Positions 12,701-24,827 of a stretch of DNA of 64,000 nucleotides are shown in pieces (the first letter of the stretch is position 1; each line of letters starts with the position of its first letter). The position numbers and the translations under genes were made by a program. The notes under the pieces are model-generated. The model was given only the letters and a program-made list of their open reading frames with translations. It was not told where the DNA came from and ran no database searches. This DNA is from Octopus vulgaris. Taxonomy: Eukaryota. The stretch spans positions 141,980,001 to 142,044,000 of the forward strand of contig OX597815.1 in the NCBI GenBank assembly GCA_951406725.2, given 5' to 3'.

Positions 12701-13454
12701 GAAAGATTTCTATAATTTTATGGGTTTCTGTAGATTAGATCGTTATTCATTATATGATTCTCTCAAAATTATATATAGAAAAATATGCATAATATATATG
12801 TGAATGTGAGTGTGAGAATGTGTTAGCATACGTGTGTACGCCTGAACGTATGTGCGTATGTTTGCCTGTATGTTTATGTATATATATATATGTATAAATT
12901 CACACACACAGACGCACACACATCACTCAAATCATGCATGCATGCACAAGTGCATGCGTGTATGCGTGTGTGTGTGTGTGTTTATATCCTGTGCCGTAGG
13001 ATTGTTTTCTTATATTGAAATTTCTGTATGATTTACGTTCAAGAATATACTAGTCTGAAATTATATAACTACATTCAATATTCTCTTACACCGTAAAATT
13101 TGTAATGTCTTTTTATTTTCTTCCATCGGAAAATATTTCTATGTCATTATTCTAGTAAAACTAGATTCAATGCTCTTATACATCTTACTAATATCTTAAA
13201 ACTATGGTTAAATGTATCTGGTTCATTAGTATTAATGTAGTACTTGTTATGAGCAACTCTATTTTATCGATGAATTAAAAATCCAATACGAAATTTGCAG
13301 CAAAATATAACTCCGAATAAGAAACCAAATTAATCCAGGAAAAATCATTTTACATTTATTTTAAGATTGATTTTATTGAAATGTTTCTAATCGTCTTTGT
13401 AAGTGCATCTCCATTTAATCGTAATATTAGCGGATGTTAATTCGGAATATGTTA

Positions 13455-13797
13455 ATTCTAAGAATTATATTCATCATATTTGGTAATAAATCCGATCTGG
13501 AACATGAAGCTTCGTGAGAGTGAAGAAAAATACATACATAAAAGAAAAGAAGAGTAGAAGAGCCCCGAGAGGAAGATGAAAGGTATAATATGTTTAAATT
13601 ATACCATTTTGGTTATGTGTCGCTTTCGGTTGTTGAGCGACGCATAAGCAAGATGGTATGATTTAAATATATTAAGCATTTCCTTTTTCTCTCGAGGCTC
13701 TTCTTTATTTTATGTATGTATTTTTCTTCACTCTAATGAACCTCCATTTTCCAGATCGGATTTTGTTACCAAATATGATGAATATTATTTTTAGAAT
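13455..13797. repeat. Fold-back element / long imperfect hairpin (about 165-bp arms, 11-nt loop), MITE-like
   Basis: Outer pairing attctaa..tattcatcatatttggtaataaatccgatctggaa / ttccagatcggattttgttaccaaatatgatgaata..ttagaat. Inner pairing ttatgtgtcgct / agcgacgcataa. Confidence 0.85.
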
Positions 13798-13928
13798 ATC
13801 AATGGCCATACCATATCACATTAGAAGCAGAAAAAGCTGTTAGATGGGATACAGTCTATTTTTATTCAATTTAAAAATAATAATTGATGTAAGCCAATTG
13901 TTCAATATTTCTCCATTTTCTGTTTATG

Positions 13929-13974
<46 letters not shown>

Positions 13975-13976
<2 letters not shown>

Positions 13977-14617
13977 CAAGATCATGACATCATGACATGC
14001 TGGAGCAATAACCTCTACTTTCCAAATACGGAAAGAAAATACTCTAAATAATACTAACATCAAGTAAAAAAGAAAACACTAACCAACATAAGCATACCAC
14101 CTATATTCATTCTGTTGTGAACCCTTGAAAATTTCATTGCAAAACAAGTGACACCCCCACGATTACTAAGCTTCTTATATGTTGATCAAACTTTGAAATT
14201 TGATATTTATACAGCAAAACAAAGGATTTAATCGGCAAAACAAAAAGATATAAAACTAATGATGTACCCACTGTCCAACCCAACTTCCTTAACCTACCTA
14301 CATCCATTTTGTGAGCCACTAGGAAACACTCCCATGAACAAAACCTGAGATACCTAAACATATTACCTGTTTACAATCTTGTATACATACTAAACAATAA
14401 CATAACACCAAATTTAATCAATAAAAACATTCCCAGCACGCCTCACATCACTGTCCACACCAAAATGCAATGACCAATCGACTTAACCCACGAGATCGCA
14501 GGAAACTTTATCTCATCAGGAGCTATACAGAGTCAAAATTACACTTAATTCATCACAACCTGAGGATGACTTAACTGCCCGAAACGTTGACGTCATTGTC
14601 TAAGCTATTCTTATTAA

Positions 14618-14622
<5 letters not shown>
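13975..14622 (+). mobile_element. Probable decayed Penelope-like element 3' region between two (TA)n tracts
   Basis: Strand-biased A/C-rich sequence, a weak GIY-YIG-like remnant (LIGKTKR at about 14228-14248) and a terminal hammerhead-like motif at 14555-14599. Confidence 0.45.
14555..14599 (+). ncRNA. Degenerate type I hammerhead ribozyme motif
   Basis: acaac-CUGAGGA-ugacuuaacugccc-GAAA-cguugacg-UC-auugu. The core and GUC site are intact, stem I has one mismatch, and stem II is poorly paired. Confidence 0.5.
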
Positions 14623-14674
<52 letters not shown>

Positions 14675-14888
14675 GTATTCTCACTTGTTTCAGTTATTCG
14701 ACAGCGGTCATGCTGGGACACCACCTTGAATTTTTAGTCGAGTGTATCATTCACGGAACTTTTTTTTTCAGCCTGGTACTTATTCTATCGATCAATTTTG
14801 CAGAACTGCTAAGTTACAGGGACTTAAACGCACCAACACTGCTTTTCAAGCAGTGATGGGAGGACAGACACAGGTACAGAGACACACA

Positions 14889-14892
<4 letters not shown>
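14675..14892 (-). mobile_element. SINE family B, 3' half (older copy)
   Basis: cttgtttcagttattcgacagcggtcatgctgg...tacttattctatcg matches 17847-17950. Confidence 0.85.
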
Positions 14893-14954
<62 letters not shown>

Positions 14955-15061
14955 TGTGTGTCTCTGTACCTATTAATTCGAGACAAAACCACTATTTTGC
15001 AAAACAAACAAGGAAAGACTAAATCAATACATAAAATTTTTTAATATAAAGAAATAAACCG

Positions 15062-15104
15062 CCACTACAATCGTTTCATGTCTTCAATGACATTCGTCAG
15101 GTGG
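15062..15104 (-). ncRNA. Minimal type I hammerhead ribozyme (inverted copy)
   Basis: Exact reverse complement of 15317-15359. Confidence 0.85.
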
Positions 15105-15231
15105 ATTTTCGATCTCCTAATCTGTTTTAATTTATGAATTTTGCAGAACTGCTAAGTTACAGGGACTTAAACGCACCAACACTGCTTTTCAAGCAGTGAT
15201 GGGAGGACAGACACAGGCACAGAGACACACA

Positions 15232-15269
<38 letters not shown>

Positions 15270-15316
15270 AATTATACATGACTTCATAAATTAAAACAGA
15301 TTAGGAGATCGAAAAT

Positions 15317-15359
15317 CCACCTGACGAATGTCATTGAAGACATGAAACGATTGTAGTGG
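15317..15359 (+). ncRNA. Minimal type I hammerhead ribozyme
   Basis: ccac-CUGACGA-auguc-auugaa-gacau-GAAAC-gauu-GUA-gugg. Stem I ccac/gugg and stem II auguc/gacau are perfect, stem III is minimal, and all core nucleotides match CUGANGA/GAAA/NUH. Predicted cleavage is after 15355. Confidence 0.85.
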
Positions 15360-15532
15360 CGGTTTATTTCTTTATATTAAAATTTTTTATGTATTGATTT
15401 AGTCTTTCCTTGTTTGTTTTGCAAAATAGTGGTTTTGTCTCGAATTAATATTATATAATATTTTACTATAAAATTGGATTTAATCCTAAATCTGATTTTT
15501 TCCCTGTAAATTTAGATTTATTCCCTAATATT

Positions 15533-15537
<5 letters not shown>

Positions 15538-15606
<69 letters not shown>

Positions 15607-15758
15607 GTATATATATATGTATATATATATATATGTATGTATATATATGTATATATATATGTATATATATATATATATGTATATATATGTATATATATAT
15701 ATATGTATGCATATATATGTATGTATATATAAATGTATATATATATGTATATATATAT
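15538..15758. repeat. Long interrupted (TA)n microsatellite
   Basis: Directly visible. Confidence 0.95.
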
Positions 15759-16125
15759 AGGCGCAGGAGTGGCTGTGTGGTAAGTAGCTTGCTCACCAAC
15801 CACACGGTTGCAGGTTCAGTCCCACTGCGTGGCATCTTGGGCAAGTGTCTTCTGCTATAGCCCCGGGCCGACCAATACCTTGTGAGTGGATTTGGTAGAC
15901 GGAAACTGAAAGAAGCCTGTCGTATATATGTATATATATATGTATGTGTGTGTGATTGTGTGTCTGTGTTTGTCCCCCTAGCATTGCTTGACAACCGATG
16001 CTGGTGTGTTTACGTCCCCGTCACTTAGCGGTTCGGCAAAAAGAGACCGATAGAATAAGTACTAAAAAGGTGGTGCTCCAGCATGGCCGCAGTCAAATGA
16101 CTGAAACAAGTAAAAGTGTAAAAGA
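15759..16125 (+). mobile_element. tRNA-derived SINE family B with a small internal deletion (tentatively octopus OR1-like)
   Basis: GGCGCAGGAGTGGCTGTGTGGTAAG (A box), GGTTCAGTCCC (B box), CORE-like 'cttgggcaagtg', an internal (TA)/(TG) run and an (AAAAGAGT)-like tail. Copies lie at 17830, 40405 and 49770. Confidence 0.9.
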
Positions 16126-16187
16126 GATATATGTATATGTATGTATATATATATATATATATGTATATATTTATATATGTATATATA

Positions 16188-16271
<84 letters not shown>
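16126..16271. repeat. (TA)n microsatellite
   Basis: Directly visible. Confidence 0.95.
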
Positions 16272-16273
<2 letters not shown>

Positions 16274-16489
16274 TAAAGCTTAATGGTACATATATATTGC
16301 ACCTGAAATGTATTGATGTAAAATTGTTTTTAGAATTTATCATAAAAACAAGCTCAAATATTAATAGAAAAGATAGATAGGTAGGGAAATATATAGGTAT
16401 GTAGGTATGTAGGTAGCTAGGTGGGTACGTATGTCAGGATGTAGGTACTTAGGTAGGTGAATAGGTAGGCACGTCAATTGGTAGTTAGA

Positions 16490-16581
16490 TACACAGATAG
16501 ATAGATTTTATAGATAGATATATAGACAGACAGACAGACAGACAGACACAGACAGACTGACAGATAGATAGACAGACATAC

Positions 16582-16670
<89 letters not shown>
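16490..16670. repeat. (GATA)n/(GACA)n tetranucleotide microsatellite
   Basis: Directly visible. Confidence 0.95.
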
Positions 16671-16671
<1 letters not shown>

Positions 16672-17829
16672 AAGAATAGTACGGTAGCAGTGCGTATCAT
16701 CTGCAGTAGAGTAGTAGCAGAGTATATACATTGAAAGAAATTTATTTCGACAACGAAACATTATTCATCTACTGAAACGATTATATACCAAATGAAAAAC
16801 AAATAAAGCAAAAGCTCTAAGATCTGTTCGATGGTACATATCTTCTTCTTCATCTCACGTATTTATAGAGAAAAGCATGAATGTCAAGTTATTTTTTTGA
16901 AATCATTCAATTTTATATAAATCCTTCACAATAGATCTGATGAATTATTGTGACGTGTAGATACCGAATATTTAACAATGATAAATATGAAATAGAAAAG
17001 CTAGTAAAGAATAATGGAGTTAAGTTTCAGATTTCATATATTACTTCAAAAGCATGAAGAGAAATAAAATGGTGAAAAAAGAAAAATAAAGTATCAGAAA
17101 TGTATTTCGTAAAGATAGAAATAGAATATGGGAACAAGAGAATAGGCTATATAATATTGATAAACTCCTCAGAGATAAGGTAAATTTTGGGTGAGTAATA
17201 GGTCGTAAAAATTATTTTTCTCGCTAGCTATACACATGGTGATGGCAAGAAAATAAATGGAAAGATAAAGGAAAGTATTTGAAGCAACATCTATTTTCAG
17301 CTCAAATAACAAGTTGAAAATGTTGTCAAAAGTAATATAGCATATATTCCTGTGGGTTAATGTTATCTGATCTGATTAGTTTTCCATACGGCTGCTTTTA
17401 AATTGAATATTGCTGTTGGTGTAGTAAGTTTGGTGAAGTAAGACAATAAGATACGAATATTTATCTGCTCTGAGGATTGGGACATATTAAGGAAAGGGGA
17501 GATATATTTTTGAACGAGTTAGCTGTTCCAACAAATCAACAAATTTATGCATGTAAAAAATATAGTTGTAAAGTCAAATCCGTTATATTACTATTCTTGT
17601 AACCGAGTATATTAAACTATAATATTTGTAGGACATGTACATTATAATAAAAGTAGTTAATTAAAAGAACTAATTCGAAAAGTGTAGCACACATTTCTTC
17701 TTCATAAAACAAAATAAAGATATCTTACGATAGGTAATATTATTGAACCCTTTCACTGCGGTTAATGCCTGTAGTTGAAGGCCGTAGCTGTCCGCCCAAC
17801 TGCAACAGAGTTTTTTTGTGGCTGAAATG

Positions 17830-18236
17830 TCTCTTTATTCTCTTTACTTGTTTCAGTCATTTGACTGTTGCCATGCTGGAGCACCGCCTTTAGTCGAGCA
17901 AATCAACCCCAGGACGTATTCTTTGTAAGCCTAGTACTTATTCTATCGTCTCTTTTGCCGAACCGTTAAGTTACTCGGACGTAAACACACCAGCATCAGT
18001 TCGTCAAACAATGTTGGGGGGACAAACACAGACACACAAACATATACACACACATGTATATATGCATATATACGACGGGCTTCTTTCAGTTTCCATCTAT
18101 CAAATCCCCTCACAAGGCTTTGGTCGGCCTGAGGCTATAGTAGAAGATATTTGCCCAAGGTGCCACGGAGTGGGACTGAACCCGGAACTATGTGGTTGGT
18201 AAGCAAGCTACTTACCACACAGCCACTCCTACGCCT
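17830..18236 (-). mobile_element. SINE family B, full length
   Basis: Reverse complement of the 49770-50178 copy along its whole length. Confidence 0.9.
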
Positions 18237-18239
18237 GAT

Positions 18240-18870
18240 GTCTGACGAACATATAAGAGGGTTTTTCCCACATATGTCGCACTATGGGGCTCACCATTGC
18301 TGTTTCAGTTGTAGCGATGACATGCAACCGGTGACGTGTGTACCCTATAATGCGTGGACTTCGTTGGCAAGTCCAGAGCGTCTTCTCAGGTGCGTTGCCT
18401 GGTTCTATCTCTCCAATGTAGTGTGTTCGATACGATGGAAGCCTGGGAAATATGGCATAGAGAACATGTTGTTTCCCATTCAACCTCATTCCATCACCAT
18501 TCCTGCCTTCCACTTCACTGATGTATACAAAGGCAGAGCTCGCCCGTTAAAATTTGTCACCAGTGTCGATGAAAGTTTACCCACAACGTAAAAACACCCT
18601 CTGAAGCTTGGACTGACGATTTTCACTCGGAGTTTCCATACGAAATAATACCCACGTGTGGGTATCGCAGCAAGGCATTAGAAGTTTAGTATCAGGGTTT
18701 TGCTTCTAGTAGACAAGTTGCCCCCACCACCACCAGCTAGGCTAAAGTGCTCCATCCCTGAGAATGACGTACTAATTTACCTATAGTCCTGAGCAGAGTA
18801 GCTAAGATGAGGTTCCACACACAGGAAATCCTTAACAGGGGCCCCACTACTGGATGTAGATTAAAATTAT
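18240..18870 (-). mobile_element. Unclassified GC-richer repeat, possibly the 5' region of an RTE-clade LINE
   Basis: GC content is above background. 'cagggttttgcttctagtagacaagttgcc...aggctaaagtgctcc' recalls the antisense of RTE 5' UTRs as I remember them. No protein motif was recognised. Confidence 0.3.
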
Positions 18871-21115
18871 ACTCAGTGTATAGTAATATTGTAAAAAATA
18901 TGTCATTCATTAAAAACTATAGTACATCTTACTTAATACGAAAATTCAATTCACTCCCCACCACCAAGCTGCTTTCTCTTTACAAAACTCAAGAAATATA
19001 CGAAGCTACTACTACTACTACACACACACACACATAACTACACGTAACGCGTCACTCGCAAGTAAGACGCCAACCCAATCACACAAACGTATTCTTTCAA
19101 CATTTGCTTAGTCAATCGCTTCTTACGTATTCTCTCCTCGTAGCTCATTCGTGACTTAATATCCCCACGCCAATAACTCTGACGCACTTCTTTCTCCTTC
19201 TTCCCCCATCTTCCCTGTATCAACTCGAGACTCCAAACTATGAACACTTTGTCTCAGTGGTCCTACGATATTACTGCAGTCGTTCAAATTGCAGAGTAAT
19301 AAAATCCATTATACCTTTATTTTGAAGAACCATAGTAAAATATTCAATAAAATGAATTTCATGGTAACATATTATGAGAGCAATGATTGGAGAAAATTAT
19401 ATAAATATGGGACTTTAAGAGAAATATACTGTGTTTAGGTTGACGTATTGCCATATTTATTATCTCATGAAAGGAACACGTATAATACAGATATGGGTAT
19501 TCATGGATATGTAATATTGACATACGTATAAGTTGTAATGCAAAAGTATAGAAATTCAGCAAAATTATTTCCACTTAATGAAAAAAAATTATCCTTATGT
19601 CAAAACTGTGGTATCTACATTACATCTATAATTACACTTTCCTGTATTTACTCTGTTTCTGTTCAGTTAAATCTAATGGTATCAAAGGAATATCATCATA
19701 TTCCTATTTCTGACATCTTAACAATTATTATGCAAAATCCACACCGTACGTTCCTTGCCAGGCATTTTCACATACCTTAATTGTATTGATTCTTCTTGTC
19801 ATTCCTTCTCTGGATTCTCTTCCTTGAAGTATTCATTGCGATCAGTTTTGTTCTATTACAAGGAAATAATTTCAAGGTACAGGTTATTATAATCACTTGA
19901 TCGTATACCCATTTTGATATATCAACGTGTGTGCAAAATCTACTCTACTGCTGAAATATTTATACATTACAGAAACAAAGAGAGTATTATAAGTAAGTAT
20001 ATGGCGCTTCTCGAAGAGATGGATCAATACGAAACACTATTTGTGTTTCTCTATTCAGGAGTGGAAATTAATGCTCCATAATATATGCGCATTCGAAAAT
20101 GTAGATATGTATATATACATAACAATAAAAATCACAAGTGTATGTATATGTGTATGCATGTATACACAGGTGCAGACACCCGCATAATTTATTATTGTTC
20201 GTGGATAATATTTTGTATATAATAGCACTCAATTTATCTGCGTCTCACAGTGATATATATGAAGGAGATTAGCCGAAACGGGAATATCCTGATGAAAAAC
20301 CTTAACCAAGTTAGAAATAGACAAATTTCATTGGACATGTAAATGGTCTTTTGATTGCAAATTAAAAACTGTCCCCGAAAATGTGCGAGATACTGTTACT
20401 ATTATTAATATCAATAAATATAAGAAATCGTTGATAACTCAATCTTTCAGAATTTATGTTAAGACCTTTAGGATGTAACAATTGCTATTGGCAGGTAGTG
20501 TACTTATTCATATGCGAGAGACAAGAAGTGAGTGAGCAATATGGTTGTAATAGAGGCAGAAACAAATATGAAATCAAAGAGAAAACACAAAACTATAAAA
20601 AAAAAACACATGAAAACCAGAAACACATAATTATTTAACCCACTGTGAGCCAAAAACACAATTATTCAACACATAGTAAACCCCCAAATATATGGTATGT
20701 CTTATAGACATCTATGCACTTACACATGCCATCATGTTGGCACAATTATGAGTAGAAATACCGATTGAAAGACATATGACAGGTATATTCTTTTTCTGTT
20801 TAATCGGAAGGGATTTCTTCAACGAATGTTTTTTTCTATTTTTCTTTTTTTTTTAGCAAGTGTAAGACACACAAACTTTATATAACATTTCCAAACTTTC
20901 AGTGAAAGAGGGAAGGTGGTATATTATTCGTTTCATCGATAAGCCACTTAAGAATGGCTATTGAAAAGGTCATGATTCTGACAGTGCCCCAGTATGGCAG
21001 GTGCATTTGAGCTGAAACGCTTCAGAGAATATAGGAACGTTCACACGTAAACAATACATATAAATACGCTGTGCGTGCGTGTGTGTGTGTATGTGTGTGT
21101 GTGTGTGTATGTCTG

Positions 21116-21166
<51 letters not shown>

Positions 21167-21865
21167 CTATGTATATATGCGTGTGTGAAATAAAGAAATA
21201 ATATATGCGTGTGTGTGTATGTATGTGAGTGTTTTTGCGTGCGTGTATGTGTGTGTGCACGTGCAAGTGTATATATACATAAGTGGTTGTACACAACAAG
21301 AAAAATGCTATCAAGACTTTATCTCAATTTTCGTTGAAGACATTTTTCACCAATATACTCAACAATTATTTTATAAAATTTAATTGTTTTTTAGTTCTAT
21401 GCTATCTTGTGTATACAGTTATTGAATAAAGACAAAGTAACTTCCAATGCATTATAAGAAAAATAAAAGAACTTAACTTGCAAGAAAAATGTCCGCTATC
21501 TAACATCTGCCTACCTAAATACAAACATATTCGTGTCTGTGTATGTAGGTTTGTATATATGAACGTATATATCTTTTGCGTTTAATAATTTAAGTTCTTC
21601 CCCTGAAGATGGAATCTTTTTTTTTTTTTTACAAAGATACAAAATTCCATCATTGGAATGTAGACAAGGAAAACAATGTCACATTTTAAACACGAGTAAA
21701 GTATTCCATAGTTCTACTGCTCTGCTTGCAGATTGTATTTGTAATGTGCTATCTGTAGGTTGAGTCCTTTTTCTGAAAATCTAAGCTAATCCCGACTGAC
21801 AGGCATTTACTTACAAAATCAAGTGCCCCAGTTATTATTGGTATAAATGTAAATTGTTATGTATA

Positions 21866-21975
21866 TGAATGTATGTATGTATGTATGTATGTATGTATGT
21901 ATGTATGTATGTATGTATGTATGTATGTATGTATGGATGGATGGATGGATGAATGGATGGATGGATGGATGGATT
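21866..21975. repeat. (TATG)n-(TGGA)n microsatellite
   Basis: Directly visible. Confidence 0.95.
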
Positions 21976-22036
21976 ATGCATGCATGCATGTACGTATGTA
22001 TGTATCTGTGTATGTTTATTGAGAAACAGAAATGAG

Positions 22037-22459
22037 GGATCTTTTCGGTTTGAACGGTGTCATATGAAATTGTTACCCATAATTATGACCCTAGTATCGA
22101 TCTAATACATTTCAATCTGTTTGAAGGTTAGGGTTAGTTAGGGTTAGGGTTAGGGTTAGGGGTGGGGGAAGGGTATCTATTTTTCTTCAGAAATGTAAAT
22201 AAACCCGATCTGTTTCTTAAACGTGGGACATATTCGTACGGCACAAAATATTTGCACCTCAAAAGACGTCATTGATTGGTTGAAATTACAGAAATTGAAG
22301 AAAAGTACAACAATTACCTTACAAACTATAGAATGTTCTCAATAAAACCAAGAGAAAAAGATGTTTTATAAACACATTCTACCAGTATACGAAGCTGAAA
22401 AGTGTTTAGCTACGTGGAAATTATTTTAAAAAAAACTGCCGTTCAAACCGAAAAGATCC
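22037..22459. mobile_element. Non-autonomous DNA transposon (MITE), Merlin-like, with internal (TTAGGG)n
   Basis: Perfect 21-bp TIRs GGATCTTTTCGGTTTGAACGG (22037-22057) and CCGTTCAAACCGAAAAGATCC (22439-22459). Exact 8-bp TSD GAAATGAG (22029-22036 and 22460-22467). 5'-GG termini with an 8-bp TSD fit Merlin; hAT and P also make 8-bp TSDs but usually start with CA or TA. Confidence 0.9.
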
Positions 22460-24827
22460 GAAATGAGAGAAGTGCATATATTACACATATCAGGACCTGA
22501 AGTCCAAGAGACTGCCCTGCTAGGACTATACTTAGTTTCGAAACTCGATACTTATACTGGCGGTTGTCGTTTAATTGACAATTTTACCATTTAATTTTCT
22601 GTTCTATTGCAAAACACAAATATGCCTATCAGTTTCCTCCATTGAAAAAAATGAATATAACAAAGCATTAAAGACATTGCTAACATTTGACACAAATATA
22701 CCAGCCTTGGTTGATAACCACAAATCAATTATATATCCACACGTATTTTCCCAAGAAATTACAATATTAAAGCATTATTTAGCAGAATATACCTTTCATA
22801 AATTTTTCAGTCGATACAAAATACTTTCTCTTTATCGTATTAAATGTCTGCTGTAATAAAGTAATATTCTGTACGTTTATATTTACGGACACCAATATAA
22901 ATTGAAAGTAAAATACTACACATTAATAATATCATTAAAAGCAATCTGTAACATACTTATTGCTACTTCTATTTCTCACATTGTACACATTTATTTGCGG
23001 CAATACTTTTAAGATAACAATCAGATTGGCAAAGTGGTTACTGTAATTAGATATCTGACACGATGCTAGATTTGAAGATATTTTCCTCGCACGAGAGAGT
23101 GAGATCATGTAAACACCAATACTATAATTCACAGTGAAAATTGTAGCCACTCTAGAGTGTAAAGCATATTTTAGGTAAGATTTGGGAAGCCAAAACTTTT
23201 CCATATTTCGTAATGTACTTGCATCGGTTAGGGATAAAGTAATATTTTTTAATTGTAGTAAATGGTTGAACTGAAAATACTTTGACATATTAACAAATCG
23301 GTATCTTACATTTTCTTTGAATATGACACATTTTATTTGACAATGTATGAAAAATCGTCTTCCTCTCACCCCTTAAAAATATTTGTATAAAATACTGTGT
23401 GTGTGTCAGTGCGTGTGTGTGTCTCTGTGTGTCTGCGCGCGCATTAAATTTTGGTTTAGAATACAATATTGAATCACAATGCCATTTGCTAACGTCATAG
23501 AAATAAGCTATTAATTGCCCCATCATTCTCATTATTGTTTCCTTTATTTGTTTTGTTTTTTTCCACTATTACTGTTCAACTCCTGCTTTGCACTGCTATG
23601 ATCAATTCCATCCTAATAGATATCAGATCATCATTTGTATAAGGCTGAGTGGGTCTAGTACAATATTTTATAAAATGTTCCGGGTTCACTTGATTTTTAT
23701 TTGAGTGAACTCTAAGTAATAGATAAAGCAACTCTTTGTAGTCTCGTATGCTTGTTTGTGCTTTCGATACATTAGAAAAAAAAAGAGAATAGAATTCAAA
23801 TAATTCCTGTCGGCATATATAGATTAATGAAAAACGCTTTTATGTTTCCTTAAGAGATCTATAAAATGATATAAAACTGAACTGCAATGTATAGCATTAA
23901 AACCATTGAAAAAGTGATATCTAAAGTAAAGTCAATAAATATTTATAACAGCTATTGTAAATATCTGAGACTGCAGAGAGAAATTAAAACTGACTTTCAA
24001 ACTTTTCCTAAATGGAATTCCTGTGATAAATTGTCTTTATCCTGATTGTCCGTTCGACGTGTTCACAATTTTTTGTACAGTTCTTTATTGGGGAAAAGAA
24101 ATTATACAACACATTAACGCATTCTCAATCAACTAAAGAAATAACGGATGTTTTTTCTTGTTTCTTTTTGAGTTGTTAATTTTGGTAATCAGCCATCTTC
24201 ACCGTTTTCGAAATTTCTGAAGTTTGTAACCTCTTCCTTCTTTCACTGCTTTCGACCCATGTGGGAAATGATCTTAGGGTAATGAGGCATTAAACTTACG
24301 ACTGTAACAAATGTATAAAAAGATACCTTTAGCATGAAGTAGTAGTATTTGCTATATTATACTATCAGTCCTCGTTAATAAAAGCGCTACTGTTCTGAAG
24401 CTAAAACCTCAGAGAATACTAATGTTATGCAAACGTATGATTTAGTTATTCCTAATTATTTTCGCCACTTTAATTATTGCCATAACAAGTTGATACTAGT
24501 ACATAAAAAAATCTTTAAAAATTCCATTCTTTCTTCTATCACAAACTACGCTTGGGAGCCTATTCACGTTTAGCAGGAAATTGTAGCCAAATTATATTAG
24601 GTTGCATCTCAGTTCAGAAAAACGAAAAAAAAAAACGCTTGATAATCTAATTCTACCAGCGAGATGTTGAGATAAAAAATATATATACATATAGTTGGAG
24701 TGTTTGTCATTAAGCGTTGATTATCCAAGGGTTCCGCGAATCTAAATGAACAGCAACGGCATTAAAAGCTGCTCTCAATGATTCGGAATTCGCTTGCTGC
24801 AATTTAACATGATGGAGAGACAATATA

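Larger units (their letters stand above)
14971..15538. mobile_element. Penelope-like end (15284-15538, +) with an inverted copy (14971-15138, -) and a captured duplicate of flanking DNA between them
   Basis: 14971-15138 is the reverse complement of 15284-15450 (2-nt difference in an A/T run). 15137-15236 duplicates 14794-14892 (one substitution). Both arms contain a hammerhead. Confidence 0.8.

Noticed and set aside
15518-15994. Recurrent ORFs containing [15 protein letters not shown] / MLGGQTQTH (also near 18011, 40399 and 49724)
   Set aside because: These are antisense translations of SINE family B plus microsatellite.
22126-22168. TTAGGG run as a chromosome-fusion or telomere-healing scar
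   Set aside because: It lies inside a TIR- and TSD-bounded MITE, so transposon carriage is the simpler explanation.
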